DNA of 64,000 nucleotides from Escherichia phage vB_EcoM_3A1_SA_NWU, in the sequence record OR062524. One strand, written 5' to 3'. Numbering within the stretch: position 1 is the first letter of the stretch; each line of letters starts with the position of its first letter. The notes below the pieces were generated by a model that searched no databases, was not told the DNA's origin, and saw nothing but the letters and a program-made list of their open reading frames with translations. This document shows, one piece after another, positions 29,440 through 38,670 of the stretch. The position numbers and the translations under genes were made by a program.

Positions 29440-32115
29440 ATGTTTCCAATTCCAATATTTACTATTATGACCAGCACTGGTGTCGTTCCTCTGCCAGCAG
29501 GTATTGTTAAAAAAGTAATCACTTTAGATTACCCAGATAATGCTGGTAATTCTAACAGCAGTTTAGCAATTTTGCTTAATGATGGTAGATTGTTTACTCA
29601 AGGCGCAAACCTTTTTGGTGAGATTGCAGATGGAACTCGTAGTGCACGATTCAATAATTTCCACTTAGCTTCTACTGTAGTAGCGGACGTGTTTACCGCA
29701 GATCGTTGTTTTGTTATTAAAACTAACAGTGGGGGATGGCAATATTCAGGATTGACAGCAGGATTGGTAGGATCTATAGCAGCAGGTGGTACGGACGCAT
29801 GTGTAACTACTTGGACCAGCTTTCCATCTGTAATAACAGGGACTATCTCTTTAGCTAATCTTAAAGAGGTTAAGGGAGGATATAACAACACTCTCTGGTT
29901 AATGAATAGTGGTGTTCTTTATGGATCAGGTCAAAACACAGTAGGTAGTTTAGGTGCAAGTACTACTAACGAAGTTTCTACTCCTCGTCAGATAACAAGT
30001 GCAGCAGTTGCTTTTGATGCAGGTTACAACCAATGCTCTTATGTCAACAATGTGGGAACCTTGCGTGTTTGTGGAGCTAGTAAAGGTTTAGCAGGTAATA
30101 ATAACACAACAACAGCTTTTGTCAATGCCAAGATATCCGCTACTGAAACAGTGTATGTCAAAGATTACATCAATACAGTTTCCCAGACAATAGTTGTAGG
30201 AGATACCTCCGGTGGCACGGGTGCAGTAAACTACTTATATGTTAGATCTAATACAGAAACAACCTACACTAAACTGGATACCTTTGCAGCAGGTTTCTCA
30301 ACATGGAAATTTCCACCAAGCCGCCACTCTTTTTTCGTTGGGATCAATAATTCCTTGTGGGCGATTGGTAAGAACTACACTGCAAACTTAGGTTTGGGGT
30401 ATGATTCTGCGAGCGGAGATCCACTTCAAGTGGGAAAACCAGTTAAACCTGAAGGAGTGGGTTCCTGGGATATAAACAAGCTCACAAGCGTTCATACGCT
30501 GAATATGGATGTTACTAACCAATTAGGTTATCAAGGAACCTTTTTCGTTTATAATGGAGATATGTATTATTCCGGTATTTGGAAAGATGGAAAAGCCTCG
30601 TATCTGTTCAATAGTGGTCTAAACTATAATAAATTCACACCAATAGCAAGCTCCGTGATTACGGGTGATATTCTGGCAACTGGCTTAACTACGGATTCTT
30701 TAGGAATTTGTATTGTAGGTGGAACTAAACAGTTGACACATTCTGTTAGCCCAGAAGGAGGTAAACTTTTCAATATTAAATATACTTCTTCTGCCCCTGC
30801 AAACATGACAATATCGTCTACTGGTTTAATGACTTTCCATGCAGAAGGTGGTTTTGATGCAGGTATGACAGCCTTAAACGCTGAAGGAACAACTTTATCA
30901 GATACCTCTGGAGGATATGCTTCAACATTGAGTGTTTACACCCCTAGCTTATCTGCGATGGATGTAGGAACAACACAAACAATGGTAGCAGAAATAACGC
31001 CAACAGGAGCAGCAAGCTTACCTGGCATGGTTGTTGAGTATTTCTCTAATGACCCTACGGTAGCAACAGTTGACCCCGTTACAGGCGTTATTACAGCGGT
31101 TGCTGATGGAGGTTGTCGTATCGGTTGTAGAGCAACTTATCAAGGTGTGGTAACTGCCGAAGATAGTTCTTATCTCACAGTGAATGCTGTGGTGATTGTG
31201 ATGGATTATGATTTGACGCAAGAAACTATTCCGGCGGATGTAAAGGTCAACAGGAGTAACCGTTATGCCAGGGCTTCTGGAGATATCCTTGTACCTACAG
31301 AGAGTTCTGCTCCCGTAGCACCTTTAGAATATGTTGGTACAACTCCACAAGGTAGACGTGTTGTAGCAGCCAACCGTACACATATCTTTATCAACAATAA
31401 CTTGACAACAGCTTCCCCGTGGTTGAAGACGAACTTGACAGTCACAGCATCAACAATCAACTCTCCGGTTGGAACTACGGCTAACACTTACAAGTTAACA
31501 CCTTCTACAACTTCAGGACAACATATTTTATCAGCAGTGAATACAGCTTCTGATATTACAGCAGGTAAGCACTGGGCGGCATCCGTATTCTTGAAGCCAG
31601 ATGGGATCACTAAAGTGAAACTCAAATTGACTTCAGGAGATGAGATTAACGAAGGGACTTATGATCTTGTAGCTGGAACATTTACAGGTGCAGATGCAAA
31701 CATAATCGATATGGGGAATGGTTGGTATCGTGTAATTCTACACAAAGTGACAGTTGCCAAACAAGCATCTATAACCTATGAGATTATAGCTTTGAATGCA
31801 AGTGGATCAGACACTTTCGCAGGAGATGGTACGGCAGGTCTTATTGCTTGGGTTCCACAGCTTGAGATGGGTGATATGACAAATCCAGTTTGGGCGGGGA
31901 CACCATTTGTTTGTTCTTATGCACGAGACACTACCAGTGCTGTTACCTTCACTATTCCTAAGAATGGACATACTGGCGTGGACATTTACCACACTGATGG
32001 TACTGTGCAACGAGAGGTCTTCACTGGTACAGCTACAACTTGGATGTTGACGTTCACCGCCGCAAGTGCGGATTGGGGATCGAAGTTCATTACAGGTTTG
32101 AAATATTACGACTAA
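29440..32115 (+). CDS. tail fiber/receptor-binding protein with Ig-like (Big_2-type) region
   Basis: 891 aa; segment ...DPTVATVDPVTGVITAVADGGCRIGCRATYQGV... resembles bacterial Ig-like group 2 domain. Confidence 0.5.
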   Translation: MFPIPIFTIMTSTGVVPLPAGIVKKVITLDYPDNAGNSNSSLAILLNDGRLFTQGANLFGEIADGTRSARFNNFHLASTVVADVFTADRCFVIKTNSGGWQYSGLTAGLVGSIAAGGTDACVTTWTSFPSVITGTISLANLKEVKGGYNNTLWLMNSGVLYGSGQNTVGSLGASTTNEVSTPRQITSAAVAFDAGYNQCSYVNNVGTLRVCGASKGLAGNNNTTTAFVNAKISATETVYVKDYINTVSQTIVVGDTSGGTGAVNYLYVRSNTETTYTKLDTFAAGFSTWKFPPSRHSFFVGINNSLWAIGKNYTANLGLGYDSASGDPLQVGKPVKPEGVGSWDINKLTSVHTLNMDVTNQLGYQGTFFVYNGDMYYSGIWKDGKASYLFNSGLNYNKFTPIASSVITGDILATGLTTDSLGICIVGGTKQLTHSVSPEGGKLFNIKYTSSAPANMTISSTGLMTFHAEGGFDAGMTALNAEGTTLSDTSGGYASTLSVYTPSLSAMDVGTTQTMVAEITPTGAASLPGMVVEYFSNDPTVATVDPVTGVITAVADGGCRIGCRATYQGVVTAEDSSYLTVNAVVIVMDYDLTQETIPADVKVNRSNRYARASGDILVPTESSAPVAPLEYVGTTPQGRRVVAANRTHIFINNNLTTASPWLKTNLTVTASTINSPVGTTANTYKLTPSTTSGQHILSAVNTASDITAGKHWAASVFLKPDGITKVKLKLTSGDEINEGTYDLVAGTFTGADANIIDMGNGWYRVILHKVTVAKQASITYEIIALNASGSDTFAGDGTAGLIAWVPQLEMGDMTNPVWAGTPFVCSYARDTTSAVTFTIPKNGHTGVDIYHTDGTVQREVFTGTATTWMLTFTAASADWGSKFITGLKYYD

Positions 32116-32151
32116 TAAAAAAGGGAACCCGCAAAGGTTCCCTTTTCTTTT
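32116..32151. terminator. bidirectional terminator at convergent junction
   Basis: aaaaaa-gggaacc-cgcaaa-ggttccc-ttttctttt between plus-strand fiber stop (32115) and minus-strand SSB stop (32179). Confidence 0.65.
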
Positions 32152-32178
32152 ATAAAAACTCTTTATAAATCAATAAGA

Positions 32179-33066
32179 TCAGAATGGAATATCATCGTCG
32201 AAGTCCATTGGAGGTTCTTCTTGATTGCTTGGAGTTGGTTCTGGTTGTGGTTCAGGTTTCTTAACTTCTTTCTTCTCTTCTTTCTTAGGTTGTTCTGCGG
32301 AACCACGAATGGCAGCAGCAACTTTATCAGACAGAGCCAGAACTTTACGAGCAGAATCAATCAAATCTTCTACAGATACAGTCTTAATGGTATGGTCTTT
32401 ACAAGCATTTAGGATAGCGTGACCAACAGATGCCCCAAGATCATAATCATTAATATCAACGCCACGAGATTCAGCAATTTCCGATTTCAGCGTGACAGTT
32501 GCAGATTGAACAACCCCAGCGATATCGAAAGCATCGCCTTTAACACCATTACGAATCAGTTCCAGTGCACCATTTACTGCGTGACCAGTTTCCAGACCTA
32601 CAGTATCACGTTTTTTATAGGACTGCTTAGGAGCAGCATCGTTGGAACCTTTATTGCCAGAGGATTTGTTAGACTTCTGAACACCATCGGTAGACAATAC
32701 TGTAATACGAGATTTTTTAGTATTGTAGTAAGTTTTACCGCCTTTATTATCAACGCGATCAATATCAATACTTACTTCTACACCTTTTTCAATAGTGATC
32801 CAATTATCACCTTCTTTGACTTGCAGGTTTTCATAACCTTCTTTCAGTTCAATGTCACCAAGAGAAATCCAAACACCTTTCTCATCTGGTTTAGCACCTT
32901 TCTCTTTCAGAACAAGAGAAGCTCGGTGAGTTGAAACAATCGTTTTTCCTTCCCAATGGAAAGTTTTAGGTTCAGCGAATTTATCCAGTTTAACGTAGTC
33001 TACGATACCAGTTGCATAAGTTACGGTTTTGCCTTTACGATCAGTTTCAGTATTAATTACGGACAT
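32179..33066 (-). CDS. ssb: single-stranded DNA-binding protein with E. coli SSB-type C-terminal tip
   Basis: 295 aa; acidic/Pro-rich linker; C-terminus ...EEPPMDFDDDIPF matches the E. coli SSB tail tip; GAGGAG RBS. Confidence 0.6.
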   Translation of the reverse strand: MSVINTETDRKGKTVTYATGIVDYVKLDKFAEPKTFHWEGKTIVSTHRASLVLKEKGAKPDEKGVWISLGDIELKEGYENLQVKEGDNWITIEKGVEVSIDIDRVDNKGGKTYYNTKKSRITVLSTDGVQKSNKSSGNKGSNDAAPKQSYKKRDTVGLETGHAVNGALELIRNGVKGDAFDIAGVVQSATVTLKSEIAESRGVDINDYDLGASVGHAILNACKDHTIKTVSVEDLIDSARKVLALSDKVAAAIRGSAEQPKKEEKKEVKKPEPQPEPTPSNQEEPPMDFDDDIPF

Positions 33067-33082
33067 TATTATCTCCTCTACA

Positions 33083-33475
33083 TTACATTAATTTTGCACA
33101 GAAAGAGCGGAGTCTTTCCATATCATCTTGCTCTAACAGGTATTTACCTTTACCTATTCCAACTCCAATTTCACCATTAGGAAAATGAACTATTTGCACT
33201 GGGAAACCTCCGAGTTTAATTGTGGCAGCTTTGCCTTCTTCGTCTATAACGTTTCGGATTGTATCTTGCAGTGAAATGAATTCTTTGTTTGTAACAGTGG
33301 TTTCAATTATTTCAGATGTTTCGACACGAGCAGTTAGCTTCTTGTTTCCACCTTGAATAACCAAAATTTGAAAATAAAAAGAGTTGTCAAGACCTACAAC
33401 ATTTTTCTCAACTAGTGTCAAACTGGTATAGTTTCCATAAACAGTTTCAACAGCTATCTTAGAACGTTCAGTCAT
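33083..33475 (-). CDS. hypothetical protein
   Basis: 130 aa ORF in replication operon. Confidence 0.45.
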   Translation of the reverse strand: MTERSKIAVETVYGNYTSLTLVEKNVVGLDNSFYFQILVIQGGNKKLTARVETSEIIETTVTNKEFISLQDTIRNVIDEEGKAATIKLGGFPVQIVHFPNGEIGVGIGKGKYLLEQDDMERLRSFCAKLM

Positions 33476-33520
33476 TGAATGCTATCCTATCATAAAATGT
33501 TTAATATTGTCAAGCTTTAA

Positions 33521-34114
33521 TTACCAAGGAATATCATCTTCTTCCAATCTGGTATCTACTTGAGGTGGACGTGGAACCTTAACCTCTTTCACAAAACGAA
33601 GATATGGGAAACGTGTAGCAATTTTAATAACATGTTTGGCATCTTCTCTAACATCTTTGTGCAAGAAGCAGATCCCTGTTTCCAAGGTTGTTTCAAAATC
33701 TTTAGAATAATAACAGTCCTTCCCATCAAATGCAGCCTGGCAGATGGACAGATCGAACTCATTTAGAAAGGTTGTCATTACGCTTGGTTCCATAATCATA
33801 AGGTTGCAAAGCTGACCATCACGTTCAAACTCAAAAACGTGTTTAAGACCAGTAACACCTTCATAATTGTCAGAAGCCTCTTTGTTTCCTAGTTTACGAA
33901 TATTGGTTCCCATTAAAGCAGATGCAATTAATCCTTGTATTTGTTCTTCAGTCCGATGTGCAGGAAGGGATGTATAGAAATCCAGATCACGTCCAGCAAT
34001 ATCAAGAATACGCCAATCACGAACAGCACCGCCAGCCAAGACAGAATTAGGATCAGCGATCTTTAATACGGTAAGAATTTCTTTGGCAATATTGATTTGT
34101 TTTGATTTAGTCAT
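33521..34114 (-). CDS. nucleotidyltransferase (CCA-adding enzyme/poly(A) polymerase head-domain-like) with SSB-tip-like C-terminus
   Basis: 197 aa; motif LAGGAVRDWRILDIAGRDLDF (GG...DxD, GGAVRD as in tRNA nucleotidyltransferases); ends ...LEEDDIPW. Confidence 0.55.
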   Translation of the reverse strand: MTKSKQINIAKEILTVLKIADPNSVLAGGAVRDWRILDIAGRDLDFYTSLPAHRTEEQIQGLIASALMGTNIRKLGNKEASDNYEGVTGLKHVFEFERDGQLCNLMIMEPSVMTTFLNEFDLSICQAAFDGKDCYYSKDFETTLETGICFLHKDVREDAKHVIKIATRFPYLRFVKEVKVPRPPQVDTRLEEDDIPW

Positions 34115-34325
34115 TGATACGCTCCACAGTTACTTTTACAACATCGTCCATATTAATCTCATCCCCCAAGACCTCAATAACACCTTCCTCATAAAGTCGA
34201 GCACATTCTTCCCACACTTCAGCTTCCGTCATTCCACCTGCAATCTTATTTGCAAGACCTTTAATAACATCTTCATTTTGTTCATCAACAAGAATTGAAA
34301 CATTAAAGCTCACTAATTTACGCAT
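34107..34325 (-). CDS. hypothetical small protein
   Basis: 72 aa; AAGGAG RBS. Confidence 0.45.
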   Translation of the reverse strand: MRKLVSFNVSILVDEQNEDVIKGLANKIAGGMTEAEVWEECARLYEEGVIEVLGDEINMDDVVKVTVERIND

Positions 34326-34335
34326 TGTTTTCTCC

Positions 34336-34488
34336 TTATACTTCTAAACGGAAAGTTTCTTTAGATACAAAATCGTATCCACCTTTTTCAAGCCAATCAT
34401 TGTAAACCTCATCGGCTTGAGACTCTATCATAAAATACCGAGTGGTAACTTCGTCTCCGACAATACGCACAATTTTATAGCAAATCAT
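34336..34488 (-). CDS. hypothetical small protein (50 aa, not in ORF track)
   Basis: Manual translation MICYKIVRIVGDEVTTRYFMIESQADEVYNDWLEKGGYDFVSKETFRLEV; stop sits in RBS of next gene. Confidence 0.3.
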   Translation of the reverse strand: MICYKIVRIVGDEVTTRYFMIESQADEVYNDWLEKGGYDFVSKETFRLEV

Positions 34489-34502
34489 GATACCATTCCC
34501 CA

Positions 34503-34694
34503 TTAATCTTCCTCCAGATCAATTTCATTATAACAATGTATGCAGAAACCATCATTGTGCATATGTTGTTCATAAGACATATCTTTACCACAAGACCAAC
34601 AACGGATATCCCCATCGTCCCATTCACGTTCTTCTTCACCTTCAAATTCATCTGGTAGGTAAGGCATACCAAGACAATCTAAATCGTAACTCAT
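34503..34694 (-). CDS. zinc-ribbon-like small protein
   Basis: Track ORF 34503-34799 trimmed to ATG 34694 (AGGAGA RBS); Cys pairs CWSCG...CIHCYN. Confidence 0.45.
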   Translation of the reverse strand: MSYDLDCLGMPYLPDEFEGEEEREWDDGDIRCWSCGKDMSYEQHMHNDGFCIHCYNEIDLEED

Positions 34695-34707
34695 ATCTTC
34701 TCCTATA

Positions 34708-34725
34708 AAGGGGCAGAAGCCCCTT
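34708..34725 (-). other. intercistronic GC-rich hairpin after polymerase gene
   Basis: aaggggc-agaa-gcccctt between polymerase stop and next RBS; no long U-tract. Confidence 0.35.
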
Positions 34726-34743
34726 ATAAAACAATACGTTAGA

Positions 34744-37341
34744 TCAGTGACAACTGGCCCAGGAATTCCCCACATCATATCCAGCAGTAAGCTGAACATT
34801 AAGATTGTAAAATTCTCCAGCCTTAGTAACAGCTAAAGCAGCAAGTTCTCCTGCTCGACTATAGGCTGTAAACCATCCACCTTTGGGAGATTCATGAATG
34901 TTAGCCCAAATTTGTCCCGTCTCTTTTTCCTTATTATGCTTCCATTCTTCAACTTTAGCAAGGCATTCTTTATCAATTTTCTTTTGTTCTTCAGGATCGT
35001 CTACTTTCTTCCAACCTAACGATTCAGGTGAAAACCATTTGAATTCTACAAGGTTACGAGAAACTTCAAGCTGGGCTTCATCGTGATATGCGATCATTTG
35101 TTGCACGAAGTCTTTATTCTTCCAGTCATCTTTAAAGAAGTCAACACTTAGTCCTTCTTCTTCGATCATGTCGTCATAAATAACCATTGCACGTTTAGCA
35201 CAGATAACCCCACCACTTTGGAACAGAGAGTTAAGAATCGCGTGAGCAGAACGAGTAGGAACCTTACGACCGTCAATACCCAAAACATATTGTTTACCAG
35301 TCTTAACCCAGAAATCGTTTAAACGTTCTTTAAGACGCGCCAATGGGAATGCAGCTTCCCAGAAAGCATCGAACACCAATTGACCTGTAAACTTATCGCT
35401 ACCAATTGTTTTAGCAACCTTGTCGGCTTGTGCACCATAGGTAATACCATACTTAACAGATTTAGCAGGACTACGTTCAAATTTACGTCCAATAGTTTCA
35501 GTGATACGTTTTGCCATCATTGTGTGAACATCATTAGGTTTCTCTAACAGCAGAGCGTTACAATATTCGTGTGGCTCCGGCTCGTACCGCCAACAGTAGT
35601 GTGATTCAATTTTTGCTTCCAAAGAGTCGAAGTCGTAGCCGATCTGGAAGTATTTAGGAACCTCTACACCAAACAAGTTACGCATCTCCCATCCAAACAA
35701 AGATGTGACACGAGGAATATTAGCTACAGATCTATGCTTCATACGAGAGGTTGCAGCATCACATGTAGCGGCTGGTGTAGGAATACGCCCATCCGCCCTT
35801 ACTGCGGCTAAGAAACCTTTATCGTATTCTTGATCTTCTTCGTCTTCTTCCCAATCAGCACCGCCACCTAAAATAGAGTTCCTACGATGCTTATACGTTA
35901 AGTATTCTACAATCTGTGTAGCATAAGGGAATTTCTCACCCAAAGCTTGCAGGTTAGGACAGATTTCTTTTTCCTGACCTTTGGTAAAACATGGGTTAGT
36001 CAATACTTTAAGACCGCGACCTTTACCTTTTGCTATACGCTCTTGAATCTTCCTTTCCAAGGTTTCCGGTGTGCACTCCAGATGATCACAACGGTCCTGA
36101 CAAAAATTAGAAGATAGAGTTTGCTCAACGTAAGCTCGAATACCTTTCTGAAGTTCTTCCTCGCTCTTTTTAATCTTGGTGCCAGATTTAAGAGTCAAGT
36201 CTTTATCTTTATATTCAGACGGTACCCAACCTAATCCTACAAGCCAGTTTTTAATATGGGTTGTATCGTTCAATGTTGCAGGGATGTTAGGATCACACAG
36301 AGGCTCATCTGCTGCAACTGGCAGTTTCCACTCTTTCCCCAACATAACTAACCACCAATCGCCATCCCTCTCTTCCAAATGACCATCATGTTTCTTAGCA
36401 AAATTGATCATATGGTTAGTTGGCTCTAAGTTCTTTTTAATTTGCAACTTAGGTGGAATAAAAGCTTTAAGATAACCTTTTGTTGCTGGTTTAGGTGGCA
36501 AAATAGGCTCAACGAGTAAACGAAGACGCTCCATTTCTGCATCCAAAAAAGCAAGGTTCTCTTCTGCTTGTTTCATGTTAAAAGCAAACCCACGGTGTTC
36601 CTGGCGTGTAATAATGTCTGCTACACGTTGTTCAAGTTCAAATGGACCTTCCCATTTATCATAATCACCCCATTCTTCCATAAGGTAATTATATACGCTC
36701 GTATTGGCTTTGTTGTCATAGATACAGTAATAAAGCATATCCGCAGCAAAAGTCTTAAATCGATCTTCTTCTGGAATCTCTTTACGGAAATCTATTTTTA
36801 CATCACCACCTGCTTTTCGAGAAAGTGCTGCCAAGCTATGTCCTGATTTGCCCTCAATCTTTCGATCTGGGTTTAACACTTTACTCAAAATCAAGGAGTC
36901 AATAAGTTTTACCTTATTTTTGCCCCACGTATTATATTTAACACTGTAATCTAATCCATAAAACAGTTTTGTAGCCAACCAGTCGTAGTTGATACCGTTG
37001 TGAGCCACAGCCATTTCAACCAGATATTCAGGCTTGTCTTTAAAATAACCTTCATGATTAATAAAATCTGGGAAATCTTTTAGTTGAAAATGTGTGTAAT
37101 CTTGCGCCACATACTCTTTAAGAACATATGTGTATTTACCATCTGACTCTTCATAAGGACGCCCATCAAAGATGTATTTAGGGCCATCGTGGAAAGCTAT
37201 TATTTCTCCTGTTTCATGGTTCTCTAAGACAATACAGTGCATTTGAAATGTGTCTTTGAGACGATAAGGACTAGCTAAATAATCAATAGTGTCATTATTC
37301 AACAATCCGTTTGCTTCAATATCCCATGTAAACTTACTCAC
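34744..37341 (-). CDS. DNA polymerase, family A (with 3'-5' exonuclease region)
   Basis: 865 aa; family A motifs incl. ...MIAYHDEAQLEV... (motif C HDE), ...KYGITYGA...; GTG start with AGGAGG RBS. Confidence 0.85.
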   Translation of the reverse strand: MSKFTWDIEANGLLNNDTIDYLASPYRLKDTFQMHCIVLENHETGEIIAFHDGPKYIFDGRPYEESDGKYTYVLKEYVAQDYTHFQLKDFPDFINHEGYFKDKPEYLVEMAVAHNGINYDWLATKLFYGLDYSVKYNTWGKNKVKLIDSLILSKVLNPDRKIEGKSGHSLAALSRKAGGDVKIDFRKEIPEEDRFKTFAADMLYYCIYDNKANTSVYNYLMEEWGDYDKWEGPFELEQRVADIITRQEHRGFAFNMKQAEENLAFLDAEMERLRLLVEPILPPKPATKGYLKAFIPPKLQIKKNLEPTNHMINFAKKHDGHLEERDGDWWLVMLGKEWKLPVAADEPLCDPNIPATLNDTTHIKNWLVGLGWVPSEYKDKDLTLKSGTKIKKSEEELQKGIRAYVEQTLSSNFCQDRCDHLECTPETLERKIQERIAKGKGRGLKVLTNPCFTKGQEKEICPNLQALGEKFPYATQIVEYLTYKHRRNSILGGGADWEEDEEDQEYDKGFLAAVRADGRIPTPAATCDAATSRMKHRSVANIPRVTSLFGWEMRNLFGVEVPKYFQIGYDFDSLEAKIESHYCWRYEPEPHEYCNALLLEKPNDVHTMMAKRITETIGRKFERSPAKSVKYGITYGAQADKVAKTIGSDKFTGQLVFDAFWEAAFPLARLKERLNDFWVKTGKQYVLGIDGRKVPTRSAHAILNSLFQSGGVICAKRAMVIYDDMIEEEGLSVDFFKDDWKNKDFVQQMIAYHDEAQLEVSRNLVEFKWFSPESLGWKKVDDPEEQKKIDKECLAKVEEWKHNKEKETGQIWANIHESPKGGWFTAYSRAGELAALAVTKAGEFYNLNVQLTAGYDVGNSWASCH

Positions 37342-38135
37342 TATTCCTCCTTTCTAATGTTCTCCAGAACCCACTGAAGTTCTTTTAAACTTAAGCTTCT
37401 TACTCCCGCAGTTTTACTAGCTTCAGCTTTAAGTAACGGGTAAGCCTCAATGATACGTGTTTTAAGATCAGAAGTCAAGGCTTTTAAAAAGTAGGTAGAT
37501 GCTTCAGATAAAGAATCTTCTTCTGATAACACTTTACCTGCACTTGCTCCCGCTCTCCTAACGGCTATGTCGTAGTCTTTACTGTTGCCTAATACGAATA
37601 GTCGATTTTCTCCTAAAACAACGGGAGAACGCTTCTCGTTGCGTTTAATCCATATCTGGAATACACAAGGAACATCCCAAGGTTCTCCATGAAGAATAAA
37701 AGATCCTTTTGGACATTCTTCTTCGTAAAGAAGATGCATGTGGGGATTTAGTTTGTGTGCAAAAAAGATTTTTTGAAATGTGCGAGGCAAGATAAAACAA
37801 ATACCACCTTCGTTATCCAACATTTCAGCACAATGGTTAAAGAACTTAATGGCAAGACTGGCATTTTTTCCAAACGGAGGATTACCGACAAAAGCAGTTA
37901 CACTACCAACAGACTCAACAGATTGAGCTAAAAAATCTGCCTCAATACAATCTTCAAACTTAGGGTCAATATCAAAAGAAGTTATGTTTTTAAAACAAGA
38001 AGAGAAAGCTCCTTCTCCCGCAGATGGTTCTACGTAGTTAGCTTCCTCTCCAAAAATTTCTTTGATCTTATCACATAAGAACCCCGCATAGGCGGGGTTA
38101 GTGTAATATTGATCAAGTGTATTCAACTTGCTCAA
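37341..38135 (-). CDS. SAM-dependent methyltransferase, probable DNA N6-adenine/N4-cytosine type
   Basis: 264 aa; motif I VEPSAGEGAF and motif IV NPPF; TTG start with AAGGAGG RBS. Confidence 0.55.
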   Translation of the reverse strand: MSKLNTLDQYYTNPAYAGFLCDKIKEIFGEEANYVEPSAGEGAFSSCFKNITSFDIDPKFEDCIEADFLAQSVESVGSVTAFVGNPPFGKNASLAIKFFNHCAEMLDNEGGICFILPRTFQKIFFAHKLNPHMHLLYEEECPKGSFILHGEPWDVPCVFQIWIKRNEKRSPVVLGENRLFVLGNSKDYDIAVRRAGASAGKVLSEEDSLSEASTYFLKALTSDLKTRIIEAYPLLKAEASKTAGVRSLSLKELQWVLENIRKEE

Positions 38136-38144
38136 TAGTCCTCC

Positions 38145-38576
38145 TTAGTTGTTAGCGAACTCAATAGTGAGGTCAACTTTACCATCGTCAGAAATAACCA
38201 TGTTTTTGGTATTTTTAAAGATGATATCTACTTTACCTTCACTTACACGACAGAATGCGACACCATCTGCAACTTTATCGATATAATATTTGTAAGAAAG
38301 AATACCCACTTTACTACGACCAGCACCTTTTGTGAAAGAAGGGCTTACATCGAAACGGAAACCTTTAGAAGAAACAACACGGTAAGAACGTCCAGTTGGA
38401 AGATGTTCAATAACAGAGACATTGTTCTCAACAACTTTTACAGCAAACTCTTCAGGATGATCCTCAACAATCATATGTGGGATGGCAAATGCCAACGCTT
38501 GTTTGTGTTTAATAACACCAGCACCCAGAGCACCAGCAGCTTTAACTTTTGCATTCAGATCGATTGTCATACGCAT
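38145..38576 (-). CDS. hypothetical protein
   Basis: 143 aa ORF with AGAGGAGAAG RBS, first gene after promoter. Confidence 0.45.
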   Translation of the reverse strand: MRMTIDLNAKVKAAGALGAGVIKHKQALAFAIPHMIVEDHPEEFAVKVVENNVSVIEHLPTGRSYRVVSSKGFRFDVSPSFTKGAGRSKVGILSYKYYIDKVADGVAFCRVSEGKVDIIFKNTKNMVISDDGKVDLTIEFANN

Positions 38577-38609
38577 TTTTACTTCTCCTCTTGTTTGGTT
38601 GATGAGACA

Positions 38610-38638
38610 AGTATAAGTCCCTTCCGTAAAGTTGTCAA
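38610..38638 (-). promoter_or_regulatory. sigma70-like promoter (TTGACA-17 nt-TATACT) on minus strand
   Basis: Minus-strand reading cctgTTGACA-17nt-TATACT; -35 at 38633-38638, -10 at 38610-38615. Confidence 0.55.
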
Positions 38639-38648
38639 CAGGTATTTT

Positions 38649-38670
38649 TAATAAAAGGGCCGAAGCCCTT
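38649..38670 (-). terminator. terminator-like hairpin after primase-helicase
   Basis: Minus strand: AAGGGC-TTCG-GCCCTT then TTATT, overlapping the stop codon. Confidence 0.45.

Noticed and set aside
32221-33180. Plus-strand ORFs antisense to the SSB gene (32221-32412, 32225-32422, 32419-32934, 32956-33180) and similar short antisense ORFs inside other large genes
   Set aside because: Low-complexity, lack RBSs, lie entirely within well-supported genes on the opposite strand; judged six-frame artefacts.
33476-33520. Promoter (TTGACA) upstream of the 130-aa gene at 33083-33475
   Set aside because: A TTGACA hexamer is present on the minus strand but no acceptable -10 lies at 16-18 nt spacing.
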